The notes: generated by a model not told the origin, from the sequence alone. Positions 1 to 10,047 are shown, numbered from the stretch's first letter. The stretch: DNA of 64,000 bases from Clostridia bacterium (GCA_030527235.1 JAUNBL010000001.1:10294-74293), one strand, 5' to 3'. A program made the numbers and translations.

Positions 1-707
1 TCTGTCCCCGGACGCAAGCCAAATTCTTGCTCACCGCCATAAATAATATTAGATAGAATTTCTCTGTTTTTTACACATAAGCAGCCTATACCTTTCGGGG
101 CGTGAATTTTATGTCCCGATACTGATATCATATCCACGCCAAGCTCATCTATAAATAGCTTAAAAGTACCAACTGCTTGTACACAATCTGTGTGAAATAA
201 TATCTTTTTATCCTTGCACAGCCTTGATAATGCTACAACATCATTTACCGTTCCGAGTTCATTATTAACGTACATAATTGACACCAGCCCAGTTGTTGGG
301 CGAATGGCTTTTTCGAACATCTCTATGTTCACAATACCATCAGGAACATCAATATAATCAACGTCAAATCCGAGGCTTTCCATCTTTTTCATGGCATTTA
401 ATACAGAGTGATGTTCGTATTTTGAAGTTATAATGTGATTTTTCCCGCATGACTTTAAAAAATCGGCAACTCCAATTATTGCAAGCGTGTTCGCCTCGGA
501 GCCGGAAGCGGTAAAGATTATATTATCCGGGATGGTTTGAAAAAAAGTCGAAATCAATTTTCTTGCATTGTCGATAGCTTGCTTTGATTTTCCCCCGAGG
601 GGATGCTTACTTCCGGCATTACCGTAACTCGAATAGAGGTATTCATCAATAATCTGTTTATATTTTTCAGACACTTGTGTCGTAGAGGCATTATCAAGAT
701 AAATCAT
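1..707 (-). CDS. Cysteine desulfurase (class V aminotransferase, NifS/IscS-like), 5' part only; continues past the left window edge
   Basis: Own translation of the minus strand from ATG 707-705: MIYLDNASTTQVSEKYKQIIDEY...FTASGSEANTLAI...SGHKIHAPKGIG...GGEQEFGLRPGT. It has the PLP-lysine motif SGHK and a GGxQExGxRxGT motif. The start overlaps the upstream stop (TAATG). It is absent from the ORF track because the window edge truncates it. Confidence 0.8.
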   Translation of the reverse strand, partial: MIYLDNASTTQVSEKYKQIIDEYLYSSYGNAGSKHPLGGKSKQAIDNARKLISTFFQTIPDNIIFTASGSEANTLAIIGVADFLKSCGKNHIITSKYEHHSVLNAMKKMESLGFDVDYIDVPDGIVNIEMFEKAIRPTTGLVSIMYVNNELGTVNDVVALSRLCKDKKILFHTDCVQAVGTFKLFIDELGVDMISVSGHKIHAPKGIGCLCVKNREILSNIIYGGEQEFGLRPGT

Positions 708-1465
708 TAGATATTTCCCTCTTTCATTTTCCGACTGCTCGGAGTAAAAACCGGCATTAATTCAAGTTTAAATTTGTTTTTATTGTGCAACACATCAATT
801 TTGTTTTTAATCTCAACATTCTCACATATTCCATCACGAATATATGTATCTAACGTTTCATATGTAAAACCAAGATTATCCTCATCGGTTTTTTGACACA
901 ATCCATCTGAAGGCGTTTTATATACGAGATTCTTAGGTAATCCTAATTCCAATCCTATTGCTTTAACCTCTTGAACGGTTAAGCCTCCTAATAACGAAAC
1001 ATCACCGGCACTATCCCCGTACCGTGTGGAATAACCTACATAATCCTCGGATAAATTACAGGTATTAATTACTCTGCCATTCATTGATTGCGACACTGCA
1101 TATAACACAGACATTCGTATCCTTGGTGGTAAATTAATGGTCGTCTGGCGTGAAATGTCAATACCGCAGTGTCTTAACTGACTATCTATTGCTGCTACAG
1201 CCACAGAAATCGGAACTGTAATATTTTTAATACCAAGGAATTCAACAAGCTGATAGCTATCGTTTATATCATCTTGCTTTAAATTCGGCATTAACACTCC
1301 AACAACCCTTTCTTTACCTAACGCCTCAACACATAATGCGGCACAAACCGAACTGTCTTTTCCACCAGAAATTCCTATGATTGCATTGCAATCTTTTCCG
1401 TTTGAGTCGAACCAATCACGTGTCCAATCAATCAGTTCGTCTTTTACTGTTTTTGCATCAAACAT
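707..1465 (-). CDS. nadE: NH3-dependent NAD+ synthetase-like PP-loop ATPase
   Basis: 252-aa ORF. It has the PP-loop GISGGKDSSV, then RIRMSVLY, GYSTRYGDSAGD and KTPSDGL..TDEDNLGFTYETLDTYI. These run colinear with NadE as I recall it. The gene is translationally coupled to the downstream desulfurase. Confidence 0.75.
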   Translation of the reverse strand: MFDAKTVKDELIDWTRDWFDSNGKDCNAIIGISGGKDSSVCAALCVEALGKERVVGVLMPNLKQDDINDSYQLVEFLGIKNITVPISVAVAAIDSQLRHCGIDISRQTTINLPPRIRMSVLYAVSQSMNGRVINTCNLSEDYVGYSTRYGDSAGDVSLLGGLTVQEVKAIGLELGLPKNLVYKTPSDGLCQKTDEDNLGFTYETLDTYIRDGICENVEIKNKIDVLHNKNKFKLELMPVFTPSSRKMKEGNI

Positions 1466-1475
1466 CTATTATCTC

Positions 1476-2750
1476 CTATTCATAGTTTAATTGATCCTTG
1501 TCTGTTCTTATAGAAATAAATATTGGAAACTGCAAACTTTCTGCGCGAGTACGCTTATCAGCTGATATTTCCTTATATTTTACTTCACACAGACAACCAA
1601 CAATATCTTCTTTGTGTTTCCAAAACCACTTTCTTTGATCATCGGTAAACCCCGAACCAACACTTACTTCGTTACCTTTGTAATCAAGAACAACTGCTCC
1701 AAGTGTGCCACATAATCTACCGCTACCTTCTTCACAACGTATGATTGGTAAATCCATAGTATAAAACCGTTTTATTTTTAATATTCCGTTGTGTCGATGA
1801 CATTTATATGGTGTATCTAAGTTGAGCATTAACCCTTCTTTATCTTCCGCAACCATTTTATCAAGAAACTTCGATATCATATTTTGGTCTTCGCCGGAAT
1901 ATAGTATCGGCAAAACACAAATATGTTCTTCATTTGCCAGATAATCTCTCAATGAATTTAAGTATAAACTTCTTCTGTTTTTATAACCTTTTGTACTTTC
2001 ACCGGTTTCAAACTCGCTTGTCGGCAATGCATCAAATATTGTGTAACATATTCGGCTCTTATCTTCATCTTCGGAATTAATTATACCGGTTGCAACTCTA
2101 AAAGCTTCATTATCACTAAGGCGTCCTTTGTCTTTTAAAGTTAGTTCACCATCAAATACCATTTTGTTATTATTCCATTCTAAGTGATTTGTTATATGGT
2201 CAAGCCCATCAAATGGTATTCCGCTTCTTCCGATAAGCTTGCCGTTATAATAAGTAGCTCTAACACCATTTAATTTTTCTGTTAGCGCAAACCAAGTTTC
2301 AGAATGTAATGGATACTTTTCTATTGTGTAAGCCTGTTGTACATTCCACTCCGGTATTAGATTTGGAATAATTTTATTAACTGTTCTTGCCGTAATCCCC
2401 AATTTGAGAGTTTTAGACAGAAGTTTTGTGTAGAAGGTGCGCAAATAATCTTCGTGACACTCCAAAAAGCATATAACCTGATATAAAGTTACATCATCAA
2501 TTGCTTTACGTTTGGAAAGATATTCGCACACCTCATATATATTAGTAAACGTCAATGTAATTAACGGTAAATTTCTAATTTTACGATTTAAAGTTTGTTC
2601 TGATACCTTGTATGTCAACATTGGATTTAGCGCATAATACAAATGCTTTTTAAAATGCTCATTATCTTTGTTTTTAAGGATAATTTCTTGCTTTTTAAGC
2701 ATACTTGGTTCATTTTGTAATGTAACTACTTCCTGTATAATATCAATCAC
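1476..2750 (-). CDS. ATP-dependent DNA (or RNA) ligase-like nucleotidyltransferase
   Basis: 424-aa ORF with the ligase motifs in order: I TEKLNGVRA, III FDGELT, IV EGLMLN, V LKIKRF. An N-terminal helical domain of about 150 aa precedes them. The substrate cannot be told from sequence. Confidence 0.65.
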   Translation of the reverse strand: MIDIIQEVVTLQNEPSMLKKQEIILKNKDNEHFKKHLYYALNPMLTYKVSEQTLNRKIRNLPLITLTFTNIYEVCEYLSKRKAIDDVTLYQVICFLECHEDYLRTFYTKLLSKTLKLGITARTVNKIIPNLIPEWNVQQAYTIEKYPLHSETWFALTEKLNGVRATYYNGKLIGRSGIPFDGLDHITNHLEWNNNKMVFDGELTLKDKGRLSDNEAFRVATGIINSEDEDKSRICYTIFDALPTSEFETGESTKGYKNRRSLYLNSLRDYLANEEHICVLPILYSGEDQNMISKFLDKMVAEDKEGLMLNLDTPYKCHRHNGILKIKRFYTMDLPIIRCEEGSGRLCGTLGAVVLDYKGNEVSVGSGFTDDQRKWFWKHKEDIVGCLCEVKYKEISADKRTRAESLQFPIFISIRTDKDQLNYE

Positions 2751-2754
2751 TTAT

Positions 2755-3252
2755 TCACCCACCATCATATTCGTATAGTGTAACGTCGCAATCTTTTAGA
2801 GAGGTTTCAATCATTTTTGAAACCACATTCCAGTCGCCGCCGCCTCTTACACAACCAAGTCCATATGGAATTGCTACCGTATACCCCTTAAACTGGATAT
2901 TTACGTTTTCCAAACATCTTTTTAATGCATCATAGTTAGTATAACATTTTCCGTCATAGCCGAATTTATCTTGAGAGAACATGTTTACAATCACTCTATT
3001 AGAATTATTTGTATCTCCGACAACATTATCATCAATGTATACTATTTGTATCATGCCAAGAAGGGGAGAGGTGGGAAAATGTTTTGGATTATATTCGTCA
3101 TTATCGCACCATGACTTATAATAATCATATACAATCGGATACCTTTCCCTAACTTGTTTTGCCACTCCGGAACCCATAACTCCCTGACAATTTACCTGAT
3201 GCAAAATTACATCCGCATTACTCTCAAATATATTTCCTTTTATATGTTTCAT
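2755..3252 (-). CDS. Macro-domain protein (ADP-ribose binding or hydrolysing)
   Basis: The ORF track starts at TTG 3264. I prefer ATG 3252, which has GGAGG 5 nt upstream. MKHIKGNIFESNADVILHQVNCQGVMGSGVAKQV... and ...IPYGLGCVRGGGDW are macro-domain signatures. Confidence 0.8.
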   Translation of the reverse strand: MKHIKGNIFESNADVILHQVNCQGVMGSGVAKQVRERYPIVYDYYKSWCDNDEYNPKHFPTSPLLGMIQIVYIDDNVVGDTNNSNRVIVNMFSQDKFGYDGKCYTNYDALKRCLENVNIQFKGYTVAIPYGLGCVRGGGDWNVVSKMIETSLKDCDVTLYEYDGG

Positions 3253-3264
3253 CGTTGCCTCCAA

Positions 3265-3360
3265 TCAGAATACTATTCTACGCTCTAAATCATAATACTC
3301 TCGAATAACGTATGGGATTTCATTCTGTAAATCCTTAAACATCGTTTCGAGCTCATTCAT
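3265..3360 (-). CDS. Possible 31-aa leader ORF of the macro/ligase/nadE operon
   Basis: Own translation gives MNELETMFKDLQNEIPYVIREYYDLERRIVF, with the stop directly before the macro-gene RBS. An AGGAGA lies upstream, but spacing to the first ATG is too short. There is no homology evidence. Confidence 0.25.
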   Translation of the reverse strand: MNELETMFKDLQNEIPYVIREYYDLERRIVF

Positions 3361-3380
3361 TCTCCTGCGATAATTCTCTA

Positions 3381-6300
3381 TTGTATTTTACAAGAAACAC
3401 AACTGATTATGAAAGACATTCTGTTGCGTGGGATTTATTTGAGTATGGTCAACAAACATTAACATCACTCTCCTATCCTTCCTACTCTTTCGGAGTATCT
3501 TCTGCAAACTTTATGTCTATTGAAGACTTCGTTTCTTTCGTGAGACAGTTGGAACTTGGACAAAAGATTTATCTAAACAGTGACAAAACAATTCTCGAAC
3601 CAATCTTTATTGGCGTAGAGATTGACTTTGAAAATCTTGAAGCTTTGTCATTGCAGTTTAGTGATAAGTATAGTTCGTCAGATAGTGCGTTTAGGCTTGT
3701 TGATTTGCTTGACCAAAGCATCTCCGTGGGTAAAACCGTAAATTCAAATAAGCTTACCTATTCTTCTTTCGTAGATAGTGGTGCGTCAAGCAAGGTAAAA
3801 GAATTTATGGACTCCGCCTTAGATGTGGCAAAGAACGCAATATTGTCAAGCAGCGGTCAGGGTGTTGTATGGGACAACACTGGTTTGCATTTAAGAAAGT
3901 ATATTGACACCAACAACACAGACTTAGGATATGAAGACGAACAAATCTGGATGATAAACAACAGCATCGTATTCACTGATGATAATTGGCAGACTGCTAA
4001 AATGGCGATTGGTAAAATCATTGATGAAAATATTGCTCGTTATCCAGAGACATCTGATACCACATTCAATGCGAATAAAGTTTATTACTATATAGATGAT
4101 GAGGGTGAGTATCAGGTATGGGAGGGTGACGCAGGAGATTGGGCTGATAGACCTTTGCTTTATGAAAAAGATATAACGGCCTATGGTATCGTAGCCCCTT
4201 ATATTGTTGGTACGCTTATTGCTGGTCAAAACTTAGTAATTGATACACCAGACGGTTCATTTAGAGTTGACTCGTCTGGTGTACATATTGACTCTATGAA
4301 GTTCTTTATTACGCACGATGGTGTCACAGAAGACACAGCACTTCAAGAAGAGTTGGATAAGCTGGCTGAGGAAGCAAATGATATAGCTCTTGATTTAGCA
4401 GGTGCTATAGAAAGTATTGGCGACCTTAACGATAAGGTTGAAAATACAGTAACAACATATTACCAATCTAAAATTCCAGATAACGCTCGTGAGGGTGATT
4501 TATGGTATGTTATTGATGACGAAATTGAAGATAGCCCCGAAGACAATGACGAGTATGAGATAGGAAAGTTATATAGATTTAATGGTGAGGGTTGGGACGA
4601 AATAACTGACGCTGCCGTTATTGAAGCTATAGAAAAGGCAAATAATGCACAGACAACAGCAGACGGTAAGATAACATCGTTCTATCAAAACTACATACCA
4701 CCCACCCCTTCTTTTGGTGATTTATGGTTTAATACCGCAGACTCTCAAACCGTAACAAGACCAATCGAGGTCGGAGATAATCTTGGCGGTATAACTTTAA
4801 CATTTGATACAAGAAAGATAATCACAAACGAAAGTAGCAAAGATATTATTACTGGCGGTGCGGGTTCGTCTGGTAGAATCAACCATATATTTGCATCAAA
4901 TAGGGGTGCTATGGGCAGAGGTGTTTGGTTAACCGCTAACATCAACGGGGTTTCCAAAATCATTTACAATGGAAGTTCGTGGTTGCTTCGAGCATTTACA
5001 GTACCTACAACATTCGGTGTAGTAACCGAGGTCACAAAAGACAGTGCGTTCTACGGGCGTATATATGGCACATTTACTAACAACTACTTAACAAAAAAAT
5101 GGTATAGATATAATGGCACAACTTGGGTTCTTGTTGAGGATGGAGACATCAGTACCGTTAAAAATAATATCAATAATATCACACAAACTCTCGGACAGTA
5201 TATCACCCAAGAAGGCTATCTAACTGCAAACAAACTCAAGGGTGCTATTAGCACAGCATTAACTACAATGCAAAACGGTATCGGTAATGTTGTATTTGAC
5301 GAGGGTGGTTTGTGGTTGTTAAATCAGGCAACAAAAGAAACTGCCACAACTGCGGTATGGATTAATGAAAGAGGTATTTTATTCGGCACAGGAACCAAGG
5401 GTTATATAGAAGCCGAAGATGGTGATGACAACGCTTGGACTTGGACTACGGCCATAGGACATGATGGTATTATTGCGGATGCTATGGCTACAAAAACATT
5501 AAGTGCATTTACTATTAATGGTGGCTCTATCAATATTGGTAATGGGAGGTTTGTCGTAGATAGCAATGGTAATCTCACAGCGCGGTCTGGTACATTCAGC
5601 GGTACACTTGACGCAGCAACAATCAGTGGTGATATAAAATCCAACACAGGTTCTGACTCTTGGATACTTGGTTGCGGTATTAGTATTGGTGATAACCCGA
5701 CAAATAGTTCAGGTAATTTCTATGTCGATACAGATGGCAATGTTACTATGAAAGGTAATATAAATATGTCTGAGGGTAACATCACTTGGAGTAGTAGTAA
5801 TACACCGGTGCAGGTACAGTATAGTGCTGACGGTTCAAGCTGGCATACAACTTTCAAGACGACAGATTACTATGCAAGGTATAGCTACGATGGAGGCACA
5901 ACTTGGACATCCGCCATCCCTGTTAAGGGCAAAGATGGTGAAAAGGGCGAACAAGGTGAGCAAGGTGAGCGCGGCCCGAGAGGATATGCCGGTGCTGACG
6001 GTAGTGATGCAGAAGTTACTTTTGCAAATGTAAATTCTGCACTCGGTTTATTATTTAAGACATATTCGGGTGGAACACCAACAACCATATCTGACTCGTA
6101 CATATATTCCCCACAGGTAAAAGGCGGAGAATTCTATGGTGGAACATTTTATGCAGGAACGGGTACTGGATTTTCGCAAATGTCTTCTGCCGGTTTTAAT
6201 GTGTTTGATGAAAATGGTAATAAGAAAATTGGTCTTGGATGTTATAGTGGTAATTGGTCTTATCCATATCTATCGCTCGGTGTTGGTGCTGGTACCTCTG

Positions 6301-6530
6301 CTAATGGCTCTGGTCTTGTTATGAAATTAGGAAGCGGTGTTTGGATTGGAGACTCAAGTATATTAACGGCTGGCGGTAATTATCCGGGGGGTGAGTCGTC
6401 TGCCACAAATATATCCAGTTCATATTCTAACGCAACTGGTATCTTTATAGATTTTAATAATGATATTGTTTATAGATATTACGAGGGTGTACCTTCAGAA
6501 ATCGGTAGCGGCACAGCAAAATTTGGATAA
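3381..6530 (+). CDS. Phage tail protein (Tal / minor structural protein family), apparently 5'-truncated, with a collagen-like segment
   Basis: 1049 aa. The collagen-like G-X-Y run GKDGEKGEQGEQGERGPRGYAGADG lies at nt 5928-6002. By eye the rest resembles the distal two thirds of Firmicute-phage tail-tip proteins. The frame opens only at 3339, and the start is TTG with no RBS. Confidence 0.7.
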   Translation: MYFTRNTTDYERHSVAWDLFEYGQQTLTSLSYPSYSFGVSSANFMSIEDFVSFVRQLELGQKIYLNSDKTILEPIFIGVEIDFENLEALSLQFSDKYSSSDSAFRLVDLLDQSISVGKTVNSNKLTYSSFVDSGASSKVKEFMDSALDVAKNAILSSSGQGVVWDNTGLHLRKYIDTNNTDLGYEDEQIWMINNSIVFTDDNWQTAKMAIGKIIDENIARYPETSDTTFNANKVYYYIDDEGEYQVWEGDAGDWADRPLLYEKDITAYGIVAPYIVGTLIAGQNLVIDTPDGSFRVDSSGVHIDSMKFFITHDGVTEDTALQEELDKLAEEANDIALDLAGAIESIGDLNDKVENTVTTYYQSKIPDNAREGDLWYVIDDEIEDSPEDNDEYEIGKLYRFNGEGWDEITDAAVIEAIEKANNAQTTADGKITSFYQNYIPPTPSFGDLWFNTADSQTVTRPIEVGDNLGGITLTFDTRKIITNESSKDIITGGAGSSGRINHIFASNRGAMGRGVWLTANINGVSKIIYNGSSWLLRAFTVPTTFGVVTEVTKDSAFYGRIYGTFTNNYLTKKWYRYNGTTWVLVEDGDISTVKNNINNITQTLGQYITQEGYLTANKLKGAISTALTTMQNGIGNVVFDEGGLWLLNQATKETATTAVWINERGILFGTGTKGYIEAEDGDDNAWTWTTAIGHDGIIADAMATKTLSAFTINGGSINIGNGRFVVDSNGNLTARSGTFSGTLDAATISGDIKSNTGSDSWILGCGISIGDNPTNSSGNFYVDTDGNVTMKGNINMSEGNITWSSSNTPVQVQYSADGSSWHTTFKTTDYYARYSYDGGTTWTSAIPVKGKDGEKGEQGEQGERGPRGYAGADGSDAEVTFANVNSALGLLFKTYSGGTPTTISDSYIYSPQVKGGEFYGGTFYAGTGTGFSQMSSAGFNVFDENGNKKIGLGCYSGNWSYPYLSLGVGAGTSANGSGLVMKLGSGVWIGDSSILTAGGNYPGGESSATNISSSYSNATGIFIDFNNDIVYRYYEGVPSEIGSGTAKFG

Positions 6531-6535
6531 ATATA

Positions 6536-6561
6536 AAGAGCCCTTGCTACAGGGCTCTTTA
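6536..6561 (+). terminator. Hairpin after the tail gene (weak terminator or processing site)
   Basis: AAAGAGCCC-ttgctaca-GGGCTCTTT. Only a short T tract follows. Confidence 0.35.
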
Positions 6562-6580
6562 ATAATGGAGGTGATTTGAT

Positions 6581-8314
6581 TTGTTTAAGACAAAAGGTTA
6601 TACGGGTGCAAAGAGAACAAATTGCGTAAGGAGCTCTGCGATGTGTCTCAATAAACGAAAGCAAAGTTCTGGGAGTAGCTCTGGGAGTAGCGTATATTCT
6701 GGAACTTACTTGCAAATGGATTTTTATCCTACCCGAGTTGATAAGTGTGCACTTCTAATGTCGTGGCACGATTATGCCGGGGGCGATATGTATGATATTG
6801 TTAGCATAAGAATGCTTGTTACATCTACTAATCCATCCAATATAAAATTCAATAATTCTTGGTATGTGGGCGATAGCAATCCTCTGTCTGACAGTATGAC
6901 AACAATCGAAAACCATAACATTACAACGCAGGCAGGCGAAGGGGAGCTTTTTAGAGCTTGGATTAACCCCGGTTATTATGTAATCATACTATTTCAGTAT
7001 CGCGATAGAGCTGGCGATAGGTGGGGTAGATATTGGTATACTCTATCTCGTTCATCAAGCAATGTATATTCGTCTGCTCCGTCGTTTAGTTATAATCAAA
7101 ATACAAATCAATTTATCATAGGAACATCTATGACCGGTCGCAGAATTATAGAGTTCTACAATACGGATAGGTCGTATGGGTATCCAACATCTATAAGAGA
7201 TGAGGAGACTCTAAACGAAATGTACTATGCGTCTGTCGTAGATATGGAGTGGGACTCTAACCCCTATAAAGGATATTACCATTTGAACGGTTCGAGCTTA
7301 ACGAGATGGGCACCCGGCAGATATACTGTGGGCGTACAATTCAATACATCAACAAATGAATTAGTAATCAGTTCTGGAATTGATAATGCTATCTATGAGT
7401 TAAATAATGTATTAAATGATTATGGAATATATTTTACGAGAAGCGGAACATCTGGAGATATTTCTGTTATTGTTGACTCAGAACAAAGTCTATATGATAT
7501 AGACCCCGAAGCAGATGATGTATGCGGTGGAACTTGGGAAACCGATGTAGACAGCGATGGTATTATTCACGGTGCTACTATACGGTTGGCAAATGATTAT
7601 TACGAACATATTCCGTATATGCCCTATCGTAGTGTGGCATTAGAGGAACTCGCTCAGGCTATGGGTGCAGGATATGACCAAACAGAATATCCATTTAACA
7701 CGATTCATACAGACTTTAGCTATCACAACAAACCAGACTATCTCACTACTAAGGATAAAGACATTCTTAAACTTGTTTATTCAGATTATGTAGAAGCCGG
7801 TGATGATTATACAGATATCGCTCTCAATCTTAATATTCCAAAAGGGTGTTATATGCCAAGTACATCAACCACAAACAGCCAAAGAATTGTACCAGCGTCT
7901 TTTCTACAGAGAGGATGTACATATAATGTCAGGGTGTTTATAGTTAATTCAAGTGGCAGAGTTAGTGAAACGAGCGACTGGATAAGAGTAACCATACCAG
8001 AGAAGGTAAGACCGAGCGATTTCTATTGGACTTATTCCAAGATATCTGGCAATAGTTTTAATCTCACTGCTTCTGAATGGAATTCATTTACATCGAGAAT
8101 AAATGAATTTCGAGAGTATTGCGGTTTGTCTGCGTATAGTTTCACAACCGCATATACAGGAAACGACTTCACTGCTTCGATATATAGACAGGCAAGGACG
8201 GCCATACAAGCAATAGATGGATATGGAACTTATATCCCCTATGTATCTTCCGGAGATGATATAACGGCGGATATGATGAATGTGCTTGTTAGTGAATTGA
8301 ACGCAATTCCATAA
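6581..8314 (+). CDS. Phage structural protein, function unknown
   Basis: 577-aa ORF with GGAGGTG 7 nt upstream of TTG 6581. It sits in the tail module. I recognised no motif. Confidence 0.5.
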   Translation: MFKTKGYTGAKRTNCVRSSAMCLNKRKQSSGSSSGSSVYSGTYLQMDFYPTRVDKCALLMSWHDYAGGDMYDIVSIRMLVTSTNPSNIKFNNSWYVGDSNPLSDSMTTIENHNITTQAGEGELFRAWINPGYYVIILFQYRDRAGDRWGRYWYTLSRSSSNVYSSAPSFSYNQNTNQFIIGTSMTGRRIIEFYNTDRSYGYPTSIRDEETLNEMYYASVVDMEWDSNPYKGYYHLNGSSLTRWAPGRYTVGVQFNTSTNELVISSGIDNAIYELNNVLNDYGIYFTRSGTSGDISVIVDSEQSLYDIDPEADDVCGGTWETDVDSDGIIHGATIRLANDYYEHIPYMPYRSVALEELAQAMGAGYDQTEYPFNTIHTDFSYHNKPDYLTTKDKDILKLVYSDYVEAGDDYTDIALNLNIPKGCYMPSTSTTNSQRIVPASFLQRGCTYNVRVFIVNSSGRVSETSDWIRVTIPEKVRPSDFYWTYSKISGNSFNLTASEWNSFTSRINEFREYCGLSAYSFTTAYTGNDFTASIYRQARTAIQAIDGYGTYIPYVSSGDDITADMMNVLVSELNAIP

Positions 8315-8351
8315 GGTTATATCTTATAAATAAGAATACAAGGAGAGTAAT

Positions 8352-8525
8352 ATGAAGAACGAAATGATACAAAAACTTGGTGCGGTTATTAATGCACTAA
8401 ATAATGTTTATGTCAAAGGTGAACAGAACCTTGCTAACCTTAGCGGCAGCATTACTATATTAAAAGAAGTTGCTGAGCAACTTAATATTTACGAGGTTGA
8501 AGAAAAATCAACCAACAAAGAGTAG
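8352..8525 (+). CDS. Small phage protein (57 aa)
   Basis: Own translation gives MKNEMIQKLGAVINALNNVYVKGEQNLANLSGSITILKEVAEQLNIYEVEEKSTNKE. AAGGAGAG lies upstream. It is below the ORF-track cutoff and fills an otherwise empty gap. Confidence 0.5.
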   Translation: MKNEMIQKLGAVINALNNVYVKGEQNLANLSGSITILKEVAEQLNIYEVEEKSTNKE

Positions 8526-8544
8526 AAAGTAAAGAGGTGGTTTA

Positions 8545-10047
8545 ATGGCTTTTAACGGATGCTATTTCAGCTTTGACGGAATACCTTGTACAGAGTATGG
8601 TCTTATGCTATATGACATCGGTACAAAGAGTTCTGACACAACAACAGATTTATCTGTTAATACAGAAATAGTTGAAGATAGGATTGCACGAAGATACACG
8701 CCTTTACATTATGGAACAATAACCAATGAACCGCTTGAATTTACAATGACATTCGGTGCAGATATAAACGCAATTGATAAAGGTGAGTATCTGGACAGAT
8801 GGGATTTGGAAACGATAGCTCGATGGCTAACTGCGCACAATAAATATAAATGGCTTGAGATAACACAGCCTGATATGGAGATGTTTAGATATAAATGTTT
8901 TATCACTGACTTAAAGCATATTGATGTTGCAAATCTTCCTTGGGCTTTTAGCTGTAAAGTTATTTGCGACTCCCCGTTTGCATATCAGTATCCAGAAGTA
9001 TTCAGGTATGTTGTGAATGGCACAACAGAAGTTGAGCTATTAAATAAGAGTTCTTATCGTGGGTTTTATAAACCTAAGATGGTACTATTTTTACCAAGAG
9101 GCGGTTCGGTTGATGTTAGCTTGTTAGAAACTGCATTGACACACGGATATGACGATAAACTTCTTAGAGATATAGACCATTACCCATTATTTGTTTTAGA
9201 CCACGGCGGTGGGTATAACTATTTTTCACTTAAAGAAAGTACAACTAATATCAGGAAGACAATATATGCAAGCCTGCAAGAACAATCAATGAGTCTTGTT
9301 TTCAGTGCCGGTATGGCTCTTGTGGAAACTATGGGTTTAGAAGAACACAATATGACCTTATCGGTAAGCGGAGACATAACAAGGATAATGACGCTTACAA
9401 CACCAAACCTGTCTGCTAAATTAAAGAATCAAATAAAAGCTAATATGACAAATCTATGTGAACTCATAATGAATGCCACAGGAGTTCACTGGCTTGATGG
9501 GTACTTGCACGAATATGACGACAGACTACTTTCAGATATGTATGTAACATATCCGAATATGTCTCTTGTTTCAATGTGCGACAAGGTATATATGAAGTTC
9601 TCGTTTGAACCCGAAGGACACAATATGTCACTTGATGGTAGCGCACCAGACTTTGTAACGACATCAATTATAAAGGATGCGGTTAGGTCTGTAATGCAGT
9701 TAGACTCAGGAACTTCATTTGAATACGAGGTTGTAATAGGATGTAATCCTATGGATACATCATTAAATTCATCTGAGGTATCATTAAATGTTATTGCGTA
9801 TATGTATCCAGAGGCAATCGAGACGAGCTTCTCAAACAGAACGGTACGAGATATACACACCAAGAGTGCTCTTGCTGTTACATCACAGAGTAGGCTCAAC
9901 ACTTCTGTCACAGAAGAAATAGAGATGTATTATGGACTTGGACATTTCGATAGGAATTATCTATATTATTGGGATACATATACTATCGAAGATATGTCGG
10001 CAGAAATTACCGTTAGGTCGCAAGGCGGCTCTGTAGATAATAACTAA
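8545..10047 (+). CDS. Phage tail/baseplate-associated protein (Dit-like N-terminus?)
   Basis: 500 aa with an RBS (AGAGGTGG). The N-terminus MAFNGCYFSFDGIPCTEYGLMLYDIG resembles phage tail-family proteins. The assignment is weak. Confidence 0.45.
   Translation: MAFNGCYFSFDGIPCTEYGLMLYDIGTKSSDTTTDLSVNTEIVEDRIARRYTPLHYGTITNEPLEFTMTFGADINAIDKGEYLDRWDLETIARWLTAHNKYKWLEITQPDMEMFRYKCFITDLKHIDVANLPWAFSCKVICDSPFAYQYPEVFRYVVNGTTEVELLNKSSYRGFYKPKMVLFLPRGGSVDVSLLETALTHGYDDKLLRDIDHYPLFVLDHGGGYNYFSLKESTTNIRKTIYASLQEQSMSLVFSAGMALVETMGLEEHNMTLSVSGDITRIMTLTTPNLSAKLKNQIKANMTNLCELIMNATGVHWLDGYLHEYDDRLLSDMYVTYPNMSLVSMCDKVYMKFSFEPEGHNMSLDGSAPDFVTTSIIKDAVRSVMQLDSGTSFEYEVVIGCNPMDTSLNSSEVSLNVIAYMYPEAIETSFSNRTVRDIHTKSALAVTSQSRLNTSVTEEIEMYYGLGHFDRNYLYYWDTYTIEDMSAEITVRSQGGSVDNN

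Noticed and set aside
5928-6002. Short periodic GGTGA(A/G)CAAGG-type repeats that might suggest a repeat array
   Set aside because: They are in frame and encode a collagen-like G-X-Y segment of the tail protein. This is not a CRISPR or other non-coding repeat.
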